Source of the DNA: a virus
Taxonomy: Duplodnaviria; Caudoviricetes
IMG/VR virus record: IMGVR_UViG_3300001580_000013
Span: 23,742 to 87,741 of that record
Reading direction: 5' to 3' (one strand)
DNA length: 64,000 bases
A program made the position numbers and the translations under genes. The notes beneath the pieces are model-generated. The model ran no database searches and was not told the origin of the DNA. It worked only from the letters and a program-made list of their open reading frames with translations. Positions 8,793 through 20,647 of the stretch are shown one piece after another (the stretch's first letter is position 1; each line of letters opens with the position of its first letter).

Positions 8793-11700
8793 CTGTTTTA
8801 TCCGTTCCCCGTGTAGTCATATTCCAGTTTTTACCGTTTGTGTTTTCTGGCTGAATCGAATACCACTGACCACCATCAGTTAATATTTCAAATCCCCAAT
8901 CTCTCTGAAAAATATTTACTATTCTGTCCTCTGTTGTTTTCATTGATAATCCATCGAAATTTTCTGAAATTTCAAATTTTCTCATTTCATTAATATTGAG
9001 CTTCATTTTTGTTACTCCTTTTTGTTTTGTTTTTAATACGATTCTATAACAACTGATATATCGCGTTTATCTCCATACCTGCTAAAAGAAATACTCTTAA
9101 CAGTTTTCATGGATTGTATTTCATATATAGAAATAGCATCCTCAATTTTCCTTCCCGCTAAAAACATAGCAGTTTTTTGAATTTCTTCTAAAGTTAACTC
9201 CTCGACTAATTTTTTCATTTATTTCACTCCTTATATTCTATTTCGTCTATTTCCCAATCATAATCTCTTGCAATTTCTTCGTCTATATTTGTTATACAAT
9301 CTTGATATCCGGCAATATAATCTTCTTTTTCTTGCTCTGTCAATTCTGGATCATTTTGCTCACTCCTTATATCCTTCTTATATTCTTTTATAAGTAATGC
9401 TCTCTTTTTATTTTTCAACCTTTCAACTTCTTTCTCAGCAGATTCCTCTGTTGGATGTGCCGAACAAGGAGTATAAGGACTTTCATAATCCCATTTACAA
9501 GAACAATGAGAAATTAAAAATATTTTTTTCATATTACTTCCAGTACTATCCAGTTTTCAATTTTATTTGACACGAAACTTTTGGTTTCCTTTATACTCAA
9601 ATTTCTAAAATCTTCTTTGACAAACAAGAAAGAAAATAAACTATCAAAACTCATCAAGTATCCGTCAATATATTTCATACTAAACAATATCCTGCCATCT
9701 TTTGATCTTAAAATATGAGTACAATCAAGTTTAGTGCTATAAGATTCTAACTCACTCCATGAACATTTATCTTTAATCATGTTCTCTCCTTATATTTCAA
9801 CATTAGGATATCCAAGAAATGGATTTTCCTGATATTTTTGTTTACACCTCTGATGCTCTTCGTCACTATAAAGAAAAATTTCAGATTTATCAAAAGATAC
9901 ATCTTGCCCGATAGAACAACCAGTAATCAAATTAACGCTCCAAGTATTATGCATAACACCTTCTCCGACAAAATAACCAAGTTCATAGCCAAATCCACTA
10001 TCCCATATTATTTTGTCACCAGCTTTAAATTCTTTCATCTTTCTCTCCTTTTTAATTCTATAGTAATATAAGATATTTTCTATCAAATGTCAAGGATTAT
10101 TTTCCTCTCTGGCTATAGCAATATATGGTGCATAAACTATTCCCTCTTTACCCTTTGTATTTTCAGTACACCAAAACCATAATTCATTGGGTTCAAAATC
10201 TTTCATTATAACATCGTAAAGATTATGATAAGTTTCTAAATCGGTTATGACTTGTATTCCAATCATCGTAGTTTTATTATTATCAAAACTATCAAATAAT
10301 AATTTTTCGTGATATTTAACATTTTCAGAACCAATGGCTTCAGAACAAATTCCGATAGCCTTATTTATTCGCATCATTATTGGTATCATTTTACTTATCT
10401 CCACAATCAGCTAAATCGGCTGGAATACCTTTTTCATTATCAGGCACTTCCACAACCATTCCTCTTATATCTCTATCACTGTATAAAATATCTCCATTTT
10501 TGTCTCTAAATATTTTACCGTGAATAGCCATTTGTGCTCCGATATGAACAGCATCTTGTATTATAGAACAAATTTCATCGTAGCTTCCACAGCAAGTCTG
10601 AAACCATCCTGTGCTTTCATTCCAAGCATCAAAGTTTTCTACTGCCTTTCTTGTGGCATATTCTATCTCAGATTTTTTCATTCCATTCTTCCTCTGCAAT
10701 TCCGAAATATTTTCTTAGATAATCCCTCACACAACCACAAAGAGAATCTTTATTTTCCTCTTTCCATTCTCGCCCTTCATCTGACTCATACCAAAATAGA
10801 AACCCGTCGGAATCTTCAAGTTTTTTCATTTGTTTTAAAGTTTCCTCTTTTTCTCTCTCCGAAAGAAGCAAAGGTATTCTGTCTAAATTAACTACTGCTT
10901 CTCTTTTTTGAGCAAACAAACCATATCCCGCAGGTATTAGATTCTTCTCTTTTATTCTGTAAAATATTTCCTCTGTTTTATTGCTATTCATTTTACACTT
11001 ATCCCAAATATATTAAAATTTTTGTCAAGATGTTCTCCTTTAACCATTCATTCGCTTATTTCTCGTAATAATTGAAAATTTACCCACACTTCTTGTTCCG
11101 AAACTACACCATTATAATTATTTCTATATTTTACTAAACAAATATATAATTCTGTTAAAGTCGAATTTCTTAAATAATCTATAAATTCTAAACTATTCAT
11201 TTTACCCCTTTTTCTTCAAAAAACTGTATAATATCATCTACCATTAACGGATATATAAAGGTATTTTCCAATTTTCTTATTTTCAAATTATGAGCATATC
11301 GAGTTAACCATCCTTGACAATGAGTTAATCCCTCTGCTTTCTTACGCTTCCAATACTTCAATGCCCATTCGAAGTGTGGAATTTTTTTACCATGAATATC
11401 GTCTGGATTTATGCGAACGTCGTTATTGGAAAACTTCCAATAAACCTCTAACTCTTGTCTTGCTCTTACATCCATAAGTTAATCTCCTATTTTAAAAGTA
11501 AATCGTTCACTTTGTCAAAGGTGAATAGTTCTTTTTTAATTTCTTCCATAGCAATTTCTATGGCTTTTTCTTTACCTTTTTCGAAAATCAAATCTATAAA
11601 TCGTTCTATCGGAATCTTCATTTTTACATTCATAACAGTTTCAAGTGGGAACTCATCTGCCAATTCAAAACCATCTACTTTTAATTCTTTACTAATTTCA

Positions 11701-12356
11701 ATTCTAAAATTATTACTCATTTTATTCTCCAATTATAAAGTTATCTACAATTTTATCAGCAAGTATTTTGCCGAGAATTTCTTTCATCCTTTTTCTGCCA
11801 GCAACCGTTTGTAAAACTTGTAAATCGGTTATTGGTATATCTACCTCTAACTGTATGCGCTCATTCATATTATAAGGGTCAACAATCTTTCTTAAACCTT
11901 TAAATATTATATTTTTCTCAAGTTCATTCATTTTTTAATTTCTCCAATTATAGAGACTTTTCTCACAAGCAACACAAATTTTTAATAATTCTCTTTCTCC
12001 TTTGTTGTTCTCATAAGTGGTACCGTCGGTTTTGTACTCGGGGTGAGAACACTTATTCTGGATTTCTTCAATTTCTTTATTAATTTCTACGTTTCGTTTT
12101 CTGAGATTGTAAATTTTTCTACTATACTCCAACCATTTTCTGTGGATTTCCTTTTTCTCATCTTTTAATTTTTTAACATCATTCATTTTTCTACTCCTAT
12201 CTCATCTAATTCTAAAAATTTTTCATCGTTAAATAACCGTTTATAAAATTCCAAATCTTCCAAATTACAAAAGAAAAATTTTGGTTTTGGATTCACACTT
12301 TTCTTTGCAAATTTCTCAACCTGCTCTTTGAGCCATTCTTGTAATGTTGGTTTCTT
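8785..12356 (-). other. array of about 14 short hypothetical early ORFs
   Basis: Contiguous 50-107 aa minus-strand ORFs, most with AGGAG RBS or ATGA-type overlaps; none has a function I can recognise. Confidence 0.65.
10039..10094 (-). promoter_or_regulatory. early promoter/RBS cassette
   Basis: TTGACA (10088-10093)-N17-TATATT (10065-10070), then AAGGAGAGAAAG-ATG at 10038. Confidence 0.85.
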
Positions 12357-12769
12357 CATTTATTTTCCCACTGTGCCAACATTTTAGCAAAGTTTTTACC
12401 TTCTTTTTTCAATTCTTCTTCACAATTTTCTACAACTACAATTTTCTTATGAAGAGCGAAGGCAACACCCATATCAAAATGGGTTCCCGTTGATGCCGGT
12501 GAAAAGAAAATATGAACTTCATCCGCATCTGAAATGGCATTGTAATTTTGAATACATATTTCTAAACCTGATGCTGTCTGGTCAGTATTTCTGTGAGGGA
12601 GATGAACACAACAACCACAAGTTTCTAATGATTCAACATATTTTTCTAATTTTTTTCTATACTCGTCAGAAGCTCCTCTGACAGAGCAAATAATAAATAT
12701 GTCTTTTTGCCGTTTGTATAATTTCAATCTAAAGGTTTTAGGAATTAACAATTTATATGAGTATTTCAT
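12356..12769 (-). CDS. nucleoside 2-deoxyribosyltransferase-like / nucleotide N-glycosidase
   Basis: IFIICSVRG, VHLPHRNT, AISDADEV and STGTHFDMGVAFALHKKIVV fit the NDT/RCL fold signature (the usual catalytic E is D here). Confidence 0.7.
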   Translation of the reverse strand: MKYSYKLLIPKTFRLKLYKRQKDIFIICSVRGASDEYRKKLEKYVESLETCGCCVHLPHRNTDQTASGLEICIQNYNAISDADEVHIFFSPASTGTHFDMGVAFALHKKIVVVENCEEELKKEGKNFAKMLAQWENK

Positions 12770-13016
12770 TATTTAAGTCCTAATAATTTCAAAATCTTTT
12801 CATAATCCTCATCTCTTTGATATTCAAATATATAATACCAAACAAACTCTCGCGGTTCTATACCATTATAAAAAACTATCTGGTGTCTATCCTCATCTTT
12901 ATCATATTCCATATATACAGTTCCGATAAAATCTAAGTTTATAGGAGAATTTATGTGTGGATTTTCTTCATGGTTAGGATTTGAGCATTTTTCATATTGA
13001 CATTTAACCCACATCT

Positions 13017-13841
13017 TTAAAATCCTATCGGTCTGTTATTGTGTTTGAATCTTACGATGTTATCATCTGTAACCCCACTAAACCAATAACAATCTGTAAA
13101 ATCATATATTTTATTTGTGGTTGGGAAACAATCTCCATCAAGCGTAGTTGAACAAAGCTGTATATTTTTGTTAAATATACCAACAAAATATCTTTTACCT
13201 TTCCACTCCACTTTATCAGAGCAGACTTTCATACCATTTGCTCGCCATTTTTCGTAACCAGACACTCTTCGAGTATCATTTAATATATAGCAATTACCCA
13301 AAGATGATATATGCCCGATGTCAACTTTTAAACCATTTGCATAATAGCATAACACTAAACAATTACTTCTCTCAATTACTTCAAGTTTCAAAACATAATC
13401 TTCGTTCTTCTGCTTCTCAATTTTTTCAATCTCTTTGCCGAGTTCTTCATACTTTCTTTTCAGGTCTGTTAAGTCTTCCATTTTGCTTTCTCCTATTAAT
13501 TTTATTAAATTTTTCTCTTCAACATAAAAATTACCATTTTCAAATTCAACATACCATATATCAGGTTTCTTTGTTACATCTTTTATGGTGCCAATATCAT
13601 ATCTCGTAAGTTTTTTATTTGACAAAGTCACCAAATTAGCAGAAGTATATTGAACTCTATCCCCAACTTTGAATTTTGGTTCTGGTATTAAGAATAAATT
13701 CTCCTCAGATGCCCAAAACACTAAACCATCATCTATACTATAATCTATATAATAACCATTCTGCACACTCAAAGAATATATGATTCCTACTTTACCTAAT
13801 AATTTATTTTTTACTCTATCCCCAACTTTGAATTTTGTCAT
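13017..13841 (-). CDS. protein with tandem KFKVGDRV (SH3/KOW-like) modules
   Basis: Two KFKVGDRV-initiated modules, then a coiled-coil stretch and a further domain. Confidence 0.6.
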   Translation of the reverse strand: MTKFKVGDRVKNKLLGKVGIIYSLSVQNGYYIDYSIDDGLVFWASEENLFLIPEPKFKVGDRVQYTSANLVTLSNKKLTRYDIGTIKDVTKKPDIWYVEFENGNFYVEEKNLIKLIGESKMEDLTDLKRKYEELGKEIEKIEKQKNEDYVLKLEVIERSNCLVLCYYANGLKVDIGHISSLGNCYILNDTRRVSGYEKWRANGMKVCSDKVEWKGKRYFVGIFNKNIQLCSTTLDGDCFPTTNKIYDFTDCYWFSGVTDDNIVRFKHNNRPIGF

Positions 13842-14209
13842 ACTTCTACCTCCGCCATTTTATCAATATTCTTAGTTGTCATGCCTTCCGATGTTCCATT
13901 TTTTACCGCTAATTCTGTTAATTCTTTCATAAATACCACCGAAGTTTTAGTAATTTCTTCACTAATTTTTAAATCAAACGGTTTTACTAATTGAATATAA
14001 TCTACAGTAATTATATTTTTCATTTTATTTCCTCTCCTTTAAATTTCACAAATTTCATTAAGTTCTTTATAAGCATTATCCAATTCCTGATATAATTCAA
14101 AAAGAGTAAGTGAAGCAAAAGTTTCTGTTCCACTGGTAGATTCTTCTCTGAAATGAATAAAAAACTCCAGATTACTTATTTCTGTTTTTATTTCCTGTAT
14201 AGTTCTCAT

Positions 14210-14267
14210 TATCTCTCCTTTTTTAAATCTTAACAATAATATAAGATATTTTCATCTAAATGTCAAG
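14210..14267 (-). promoter_or_regulatory. early promoter/RBS cassette
   Basis: TTGACA (14261-14266)-N17-TATATT (14238-14243), AAGGAGAG RBS, ATG at 14209. Confidence 0.85.
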
Positions 14268-16568
14268 TATTATAAAATAAATTTTTTGACGAAATCCATA
14301 TACTGAACTGAGGTTATTTCTTCATATTCTAATTGAAGTAATTCATTCCATGTTAGTTTAAATTCTCTCCAATCAAACTTTTCATCTCTAAAATTGATAA
14401 TATATTTATTACTGCTATATCCTAATGAAAACTCGACTCCATAATTATACCAACTCGATTCTTTGTTAGTTTTTCCATTTGTCATTGTATGCTGTGATAC
14501 AGCAAAATAAGCATAAAATACTTCTTCATTAAATAATCGTTCATTGGTTTCATATTCATAACCGAGTTCTTTGGTAATTTTTAATTTGAAGCACCTATTA
14601 TTCAGAAAAGAAAAATACCGATCAACTAAAACGGATTTGTTACATCTGATGTTGTCTCTATATTTACAACTGGCTCGCTCCTGCTTATCAACAGCATTTT
14701 GAACTTTTCTCATCCAGTCTCTATCTAATTTGATCATTCTTTGACCTCCGTTTCAACTATTTTCCAATCAATATCAAATCCAAATTTGGTATTTCGCAAA
14801 TATTCTTTCAACTCTTCATATTCTGTTGAATATACTATATTACCTTCTTTAATCTCGTCGTGAAGTTTTTTGATTTCGTGCCAACCAGACCATTCTTTCC
14901 AATAATTTAATTCTCTTATTTTATGTTCTCTGATTGCTTTCTTTGCGCCTTCCTCTGTATAATGTAAAGATATTGTGCGGTAAGTGGATTCGTATATACA
15001 AGGACAAAATAGAGCTTCATATATTATCATTTTTAAGTTCCTCTACAAATTCATCCAAAAGTTCTATACCATCGTCCATATTAAAATCTTGGCATATTCC
15101 ATAATCTTTTACAAATCTTTCAATAGTGCTTATATTTATCTGATCCAAAATAACTTTCCGAATATCCTTGATAGTTCCAAAAGATAAACTCATGCAGCAG
15201 TTTCTACCAAGAACTTCATTAACAGCCAAATATAACTGTTTATCTTTTTCTGTAAATTCATTACTCATCTTTGTCTCCATTTAAAAATCCTATTCATTAT
15301 TATTCATATTTGCCATATCCGAAACTCTCCACACTCTCAGTGAAATATCTGATCCTATTTGCTCAGACTCTTTTACCTTCTCTCTTAATTCTTCGGTTGT
15401 TAATTTAATAGCATCATAAATATCTTTAGCTTCTATGTAACCTTCATATTCATAACACGCCTGATAAAAGTATGTATTTGTTTTGTCACTCATTTTCTTC
15501 ATCCTCCATTTCATCTTTAGTCCAACTTTCAGTGTGTTTTTGAATATCTTCTTGAGAGAAGCCACCCCATGTTATATCATAAATTACAAGAGCAATCACA
15601 AATTCCTTAGGATACTTTATGACAGTTTGCTCATCCATACTCATACCAAGAACTTTCTCCCAGCTTACATAAGAGAAGCAAGAATCAACTTGTTCTCCTT
15701 CTTCTTTTCCATGAACACCAAAATAATCATCACACGGTTCTTCGTCATTATGAACAAAATAAACTTCAATTTGAGTATTTTTGTATTCATCATCTACTGG
15801 AAGATTTTTCAATTCATTCCAAACTTTTTCATAGCCATCTTTATTCTTTTTTACATCGTGATAGAGATGATACAATTCCCACCAAACATCTTCAAATTTA
15901 GCATTGTGAATATATTCTTTTAGGTTCATTTTAATTTCCAGTTAATTCATTAAACTTTTTCAGACATTTAGCACAAATATATTTCACGACATGATTTGAC
16001 TGCCTACACTCTCCAACATCGCTTATTATGCCACTTGAATAAACCTCAGAATAACTGGTTACATCTAACTGAATATAACCGTTTATTGGACTGAATGGAT
16101 TCACATCTTTTTTGCACATACAACATTTCATATTATTCTATCTCTTCAAAATTTTTATCGAAGGCTTCCTTTGACATTACTCTAAGCTCATCAAATATTC
16201 TGAGTATAATATCACCTTTATTTACTTCAATCCAGCCATCTGATCCACAAAAAACATCGAGAATAGTTATATCGGAAAGATGTTCAAAATTATTAGAATC
16301 AAACTGCGTTAAAATATAATTAATATTTTTCTTTGTCCCATCATATTCTATAGCTTCGATATCTTTTTTAAATTTTACTTTCATCTTTCTCTCCTCGTTT
16401 TAAATTGATCAAATCTTTTTCAAGTTGTATTATTGTTTGTTCTCCTCTACTACCTTCACCCTCATAATAAGTAAAATTATGTTTTGTTTTTGGATTATAT
16501 AATTTTCTAATTGCATTTAGCGCAGTGGATTTATATAGTTGTGAGATTTGTTCGGTAGTCCTTTTCAT

Positions 16569-16627
16569 TTGTTCTCTCCTGTTTTAAATTCAATAGTAAT
16601 ATAAGACATTTTTCATCAAATGTCAAG
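16569..16627 (-). promoter_or_regulatory. early promoter/RBS cassette
   Basis: TTGACA (16621-16626)-N17-TATATT (16598-16603)-ACTATTGAATTTAAAACAGGAGAGAAC. Confidence 0.85.
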
Positions 16628-17397
16628 CCCTAATCCATGTAATATTCAATTTTATTTCCAATCTCAAAAATTTCCTCTTCTTTATATTTTGGAACAGGAT
16701 AGCATTCCGTATTTATTATGAATACACCCTTGATATATTCTGCCACACACCAATCAGAATTTTCACAACATTTAATCCAATAATATCCGGGTTCTCTCAT
16801 AGGTCTTTCCAAGCATCATTTTCTTCTTTATCTCTTAGATCAATTTGTGTAAAATCTTTAACGGTATCCATATAAACCTCATATGCTTCTTGCTTGAACA
16901 ATTCTTCCAATTCTTCTGAAACCTTATCATAATCAGTTATTGGAGAATATTTAAGTAGTAGCATTTTCCTTATATTTTTCTTCTGCTTCTTGTTTATTTT
17001 CTAAATCTGAACATTCTACACCATAACAAGATTCATCTTCTTGGTAATATGAATCTTTTACTGCGATGCCATATCTCCAAACAACCTCTTCTGTATTAGA
17101 CCATCTAAATACACTATCAGTCTTTATATCTTTCATTTCAATAGGCAACCATCCACTAAAACCCTCACTCACTTCGAGAATTTCAATCAGTTTCTTTTTC
17201 ATTCTTACTCCTGCTATATTCAGCTACACACAGTTTACACATTGTTCCCATTCTATACTTACTGCCATAAAAATTCTTTTCGCAATGAGGACAAGTATTT
17301 TCATAAAGTCCGGAACCATCCTCTTTAGCATCCTCTTCATAAGATCGTTTTTTATAATCTTCATCACGGTTGAAATAGTAAATATCATTATCCATCT

Positions 17398-19254
17398 TTA
17401 TACCTCTACTGCTTTGTAAATCTGAAATCCATCCGTGCTATTTGATTTCTCTACTGAATTATATCCGCCACTCAACATATAGTAGAATCCAGTAAAGGTA
17501 ATATGGTCATCAACGAAGATGTATCTTGTTGAAATATCCGCGAAACAAACCACATCTCCGTTCTTCAAATCTTTCCTATCAACTTTAACCCAAACAATAT
17601 CTTTCGGAATTTTCTTCTCTGCTTCACTAATGAGTATTCTTTTATATTTGTGTGAATAATACATAACTATATTTTCATCGAGCATAATACCTTTTGATTT
17701 TCCTCTGAAAGAAAGTTTATCAGTTGGGAAGTCGAAGGTTTCTAATTTTTCTATTTTATCAATAGTATATAAATAAGAGACGTTTGCAAATTTTATCAGA
17801 TACGCTTCACCAATATATGACTCGCTCACCTTGCTCCAAAAATTTTCAAAATATTTTGTAATTCTGCCGATTGTTTCTGTTGTTCCTCTATTCGTTTTAA
17901 CTTTTACTATATCACCAACATTGAATTTTGGTTTTGGTGCGGAATTAATATCCATCCATTTCTTAAGATGCTTAAATATATGATTGTCGTGTATTGGTGT
18001 TGATGTTATGGTAATCTTTGGTTTATTGATAGGTTTTGCAAAAGTCCATGGAGTTAAACTAACATCTCCAGTGTTCGTATCAACGTCCTCGCACCAATAT
18101 TTTCCATCCATGTAAACTTTGAAAGTTCTGTTATACCAAGTAATATCATCATTCTCAGTAACCTTGATTACTTCATCTTTCTTTGGTCTCCATTCAGTTA
18201 TTGCTTTTTCAACTTTTTCAAGTTCACCATCTATAAAAACTCTTTTTAAACCTCCATCAAAATCCAATTTCACTATTGTTCTAATTCCTTCAAAGTCTGT
18301 TATTACACCTTCTTTACCTATTAAATTTTCATCTGGACAACCTTCGATTATTTTTACACACCTAACTCTATCACCAACTTTAAGTTTTGGCTCTGTTGGC
18401 AAAAACCTAACAGCATATTCTTTATTTGGGTCAAAGGTCATGGGTTTTGGTTCTACTTCTCTCGGTAAAATTCCTATTATATGTTTTTCATTTACAAACA
18501 TTGTGTCTGAGTCCTTCAAAAGATAACCATACTCATCTAGATGGGTGGTTATTTTGCCACTTAATATCATATTTGATTTGGCGCAATTATAGCCGCAATT
18601 GTGACCTCTAACCTCAGCAACATCTCCATCTTTAACCTTAAATTTTGGCTGAGCAATTTTCTCAAAGTGATCACAACGAATTGCAATACTTTTAATTCTA
18701 TTAAAATCCACGACATAAACATCTTCCAATGTAAGTGGTCTATTTTTAATCTGTCCCACTTGTCCTTTAAAATAATCGATTTTAATCTTAACCCATTCTC
18801 CGATAGAAAAATCTGAACTTTTGTAAACTCTTTCAAGCCACAATGGAGACATATAGTACCCACTATTGAGGAGATAGTTTCCTGTGTCTGAATTATATCC
18901 GGTTATAGTATCTTCATTTCCAACTAAATCATTCATACCGCGTTGCCAATCGAGGTTTTTGCTAAAAATTTTAGAACCATCATTTATTCTTACCTTATCA
19001 CCAACATTAAATTCTTGTTTCATGTCATTCTCCTTCTTTTTTAATAATGTTTCTTCTACGTGCAAAAATATCTCACTAGTTTTAACATCTTTTATCCTAC
19101 AATAAAACTCTCTGCCTTTGTAACTATATATCATCCATACCTCGAAGTCAATGTTTAAAAAACGTTTTGCCTGTAAACACCATATACTTCTCCATAATTC
19201 ATCTTCATTGAGCTGAACTATGTCGCCTTCTTTAAATTTTCTTTTCATTTCCAT
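17398..19254 (-). CDS. multi-module protein with 7-8 SH3/KOW-like (F-K/N-V-G-D-x-V) repeats
   Basis: 618 aa; modules start KFKEGDIV, EFNVGDKV, DFSIGEWV, KFKVKDGDV, KLKVGDRV, KFNVGDIV, DLKNGDVV. Confidence 0.7.
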   Translation of the reverse strand: MEMKRKFKEGDIVQLNEDELWRSIWCLQAKRFLNIDFEVWMIYSYKGREFYCRIKDVKTSEIFLHVEETLLKKKENDMKQEFNVGDKVRINDGSKIFSKNLDWQRGMNDLVGNEDTITGYNSDTGNYLLNSGYYMSPLWLERVYKSSDFSIGEWVKIKIDYFKGQVGQIKNRPLTLEDVYVVDFNRIKSIAIRCDHFEKIAQPKFKVKDGDVAEVRGHNCGYNCAKSNMILSGKITTHLDEYGYLLKDSDTMFVNEKHIIGILPREVEPKPMTFDPNKEYAVRFLPTEPKLKVGDRVRCVKIIEGCPDENLIGKEGVITDFEGIRTIVKLDFDGGLKRVFIDGELEKVEKAITEWRPKKDEVIKVTENDDITWYNRTFKVYMDGKYWCEDVDTNTGDVSLTPWTFAKPINKPKITITSTPIHDNHIFKHLKKWMDINSAPKPKFNVGDIVKVKTNRGTTETIGRITKYFENFWSKVSESYIGEAYLIKFANVSYLYTIDKIEKLETFDFPTDKLSFRGKSKGIMLDENIVMYYSHKYKRILISEAEKKIPKDIVWVKVDRKDLKNGDVVCFADISTRYIFVDDHITFTGFYYMLSGGYNSVEKSNSTDGFQIYKAVEV

Positions 19255-19314
19255 TTTTCACTCTCCTGTTTAAAACTTAATAGTAATATAAGATATTTTT
19301 ATTCAAATGTCAAG
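19255..19314 (-). promoter_or_regulatory. early promoter/RBS cassette
   Basis: TTGACA (19308-19313)-N17-TATATT (19285-19290), CAGGAGAG RBS. Confidence 0.85.
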
Positions 19315-19786
19315 ATTTATTTTCTTGTAAAAATTTAATAAAATCTTCCATATTCTTACGAGAAAAATCCCATTCATAACAACTACAACCTATTTCTGGT
19401 TTTGATAAATCTCTAATCCATTCCGTCCAATTTTCTGTAATTTGTTTAATGAAGCTTTCATCTGAACATCTCTGAATATATCTTTGCTTAAACATTTCCT
19501 TATCACACAATCTCGGATATACTGTTGAGAAATATATACAATTATCTAATAATGCTTCTCTGACTTCCTTATGTGTTGATACAAATATTACATCATATTT
19601 TCCAATATTCTCTTTTATATGATCAATATAATTTTGAGGAAAGTTTGGGTGTCTTTGTTTGGTAAATCCATAATCTAAAATCCAAGAAAATTCCGAACTA
19701 TCAGAATCTAATGTTATATCTTTATTATTATTAAAATAGAAACTTTTGCCACATCCCGGAAATGCTGAAATTATTTTAGTTCTCAA
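19310..19786 (-). CDS. small P-loop NTPase / nucleotide kinase-like protein
   Basis: N-terminal Walker A IISAFPGCGKS followed by LDSDSS; TTG start with AGGAG RBS. Confidence 0.7.
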   Translation of the reverse strand: MRTKIISAFPGCGKSFYFNNNKDITLDSDSSEFSWILDYGFTKQRHPNFPQNYIDHIKENIGKYDVIFVSTHKEVREALLDNCIYFSTVYPRLCDKEMFKQRYIQRCSDESFIKQITENWTEWIRDLSKPEIGCSCYEWDFSRKNMEDFIKFLQENKS

Positions 19787-19801
19787 TTTTTTATTCTCCT
19801 T

Positions 19802-20647
19802 TTATTCATATTTGGGTATATACAAAGATATTTTTCTATGGTAGTCAATCGACTCGCTTGGAGAAGTAAAATTATCAGCAGATTTTACTACCCAAACAGA
19901 AGAATATAATTTTTCTCCAGTATTACTGTCAGTTGTCCTTAGTTCATCTTTCTTAACAACCATTCTGCCTCTTTTTAGTCCACAATCTAATTTATCCCAA
20001 TTCGTTCCGTCTTTTTGAAAAATCATTTCCTGTAGTTGTGAAGTATTTTTCTTTTCAAGTTCTTTATGAGAAAATTTTGATTGAGCCAACGATTGAATTG
20101 AGTTTCTTACTGCATCCTGTTGTCTCCAAATGAAATAGTTCTCAACCTCTGTTCTATCTGGGATGGTGAATACACGAGAATCGAACACTGCCAATTTAAA
20201 ATTTAAAATATCTTCAGAATTACAAACAGATGAAATGTTACCACAAGGAAATCGTGGAACGCTATTTTTATCAGTGAATCTCATAAGCCTCAACTGATTA
20301 AATTCCGCGGTTGCTAAACTTGAGGATATGCTAACTATTTTCTGAATGTTACCATCAAACCACGAATCAGTGGTTATAGTATCAAAATCAGTTAATAATA
20401 AAGAAATTTCATCAGACTGAACATATCCGAATTTACAACCCTGAACATTCTCACAAAGATATTTAGCGGTTTCATTCATATCATCAATAAAACCTGCATC
20501 AAATGGTTTTTCTAAATTTTTGGTGTAGGTATGAAAAGCCTTTCCGTCTAGTCTTATAATTGTATATGTTCTTCTTGGAAGATAATACCTTGTTCTGTGT
20601 TCATATTGTGATTTCATTCTTTCGCCAAGTTGATCATTCATTTTCAT
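19802..20647 (-). CDS. thg1: tRNA(His) guanylyltransferase Thg1-like protein
   Basis: Motifs RMK..E, IIRLDGKAFH, GYVQSDEISLL, WFDGNIQK, FDSRVF, YFIWRQQDAVRNS. Confidence 0.92.
   Translation of the reverse strand: MKMNDQLGERMKSQYEHRTRYYLPRRTYTIIRLDGKAFHTYTKNLEKPFDAGFIDDMNETAKYLCENVQGCKFGYVQSDEISLLLTDFDTITTDSWFDGNIQKIVSISSSLATAEFNQLRLMRFTDKNSVPRFPCGNISSVCNSEDILNFKLAVFDSRVFTIPDRTEVENYFIWRQQDAVRNSIQSLAQSKFSHKELEKKNTSQLQEMIFQKDGTNWDKLDCGLKRGRMVVKKDELRTTDSNTGEKLYSSVWVVKSADNFTSPSESIDYHRKISLYIPKYE

Larger units (their letters stand above)
13838..17395 (-). other. array of about 14 short hypothetical early ORFs
   Basis: Contiguous minus-strand ORFs of 57-155 aa with RBS; includes 15486-15929 (147 aa) and several Cys-pair mini-proteins. 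Confidence 0.65.

Noticed and set aside
10090-10140. GIVYAPYIAI resembles the T4 gp23 capsid motif GIYYAPYVAL
   Set aside because: Only a short match in a 104-aa early protein; not enough to claim homology.
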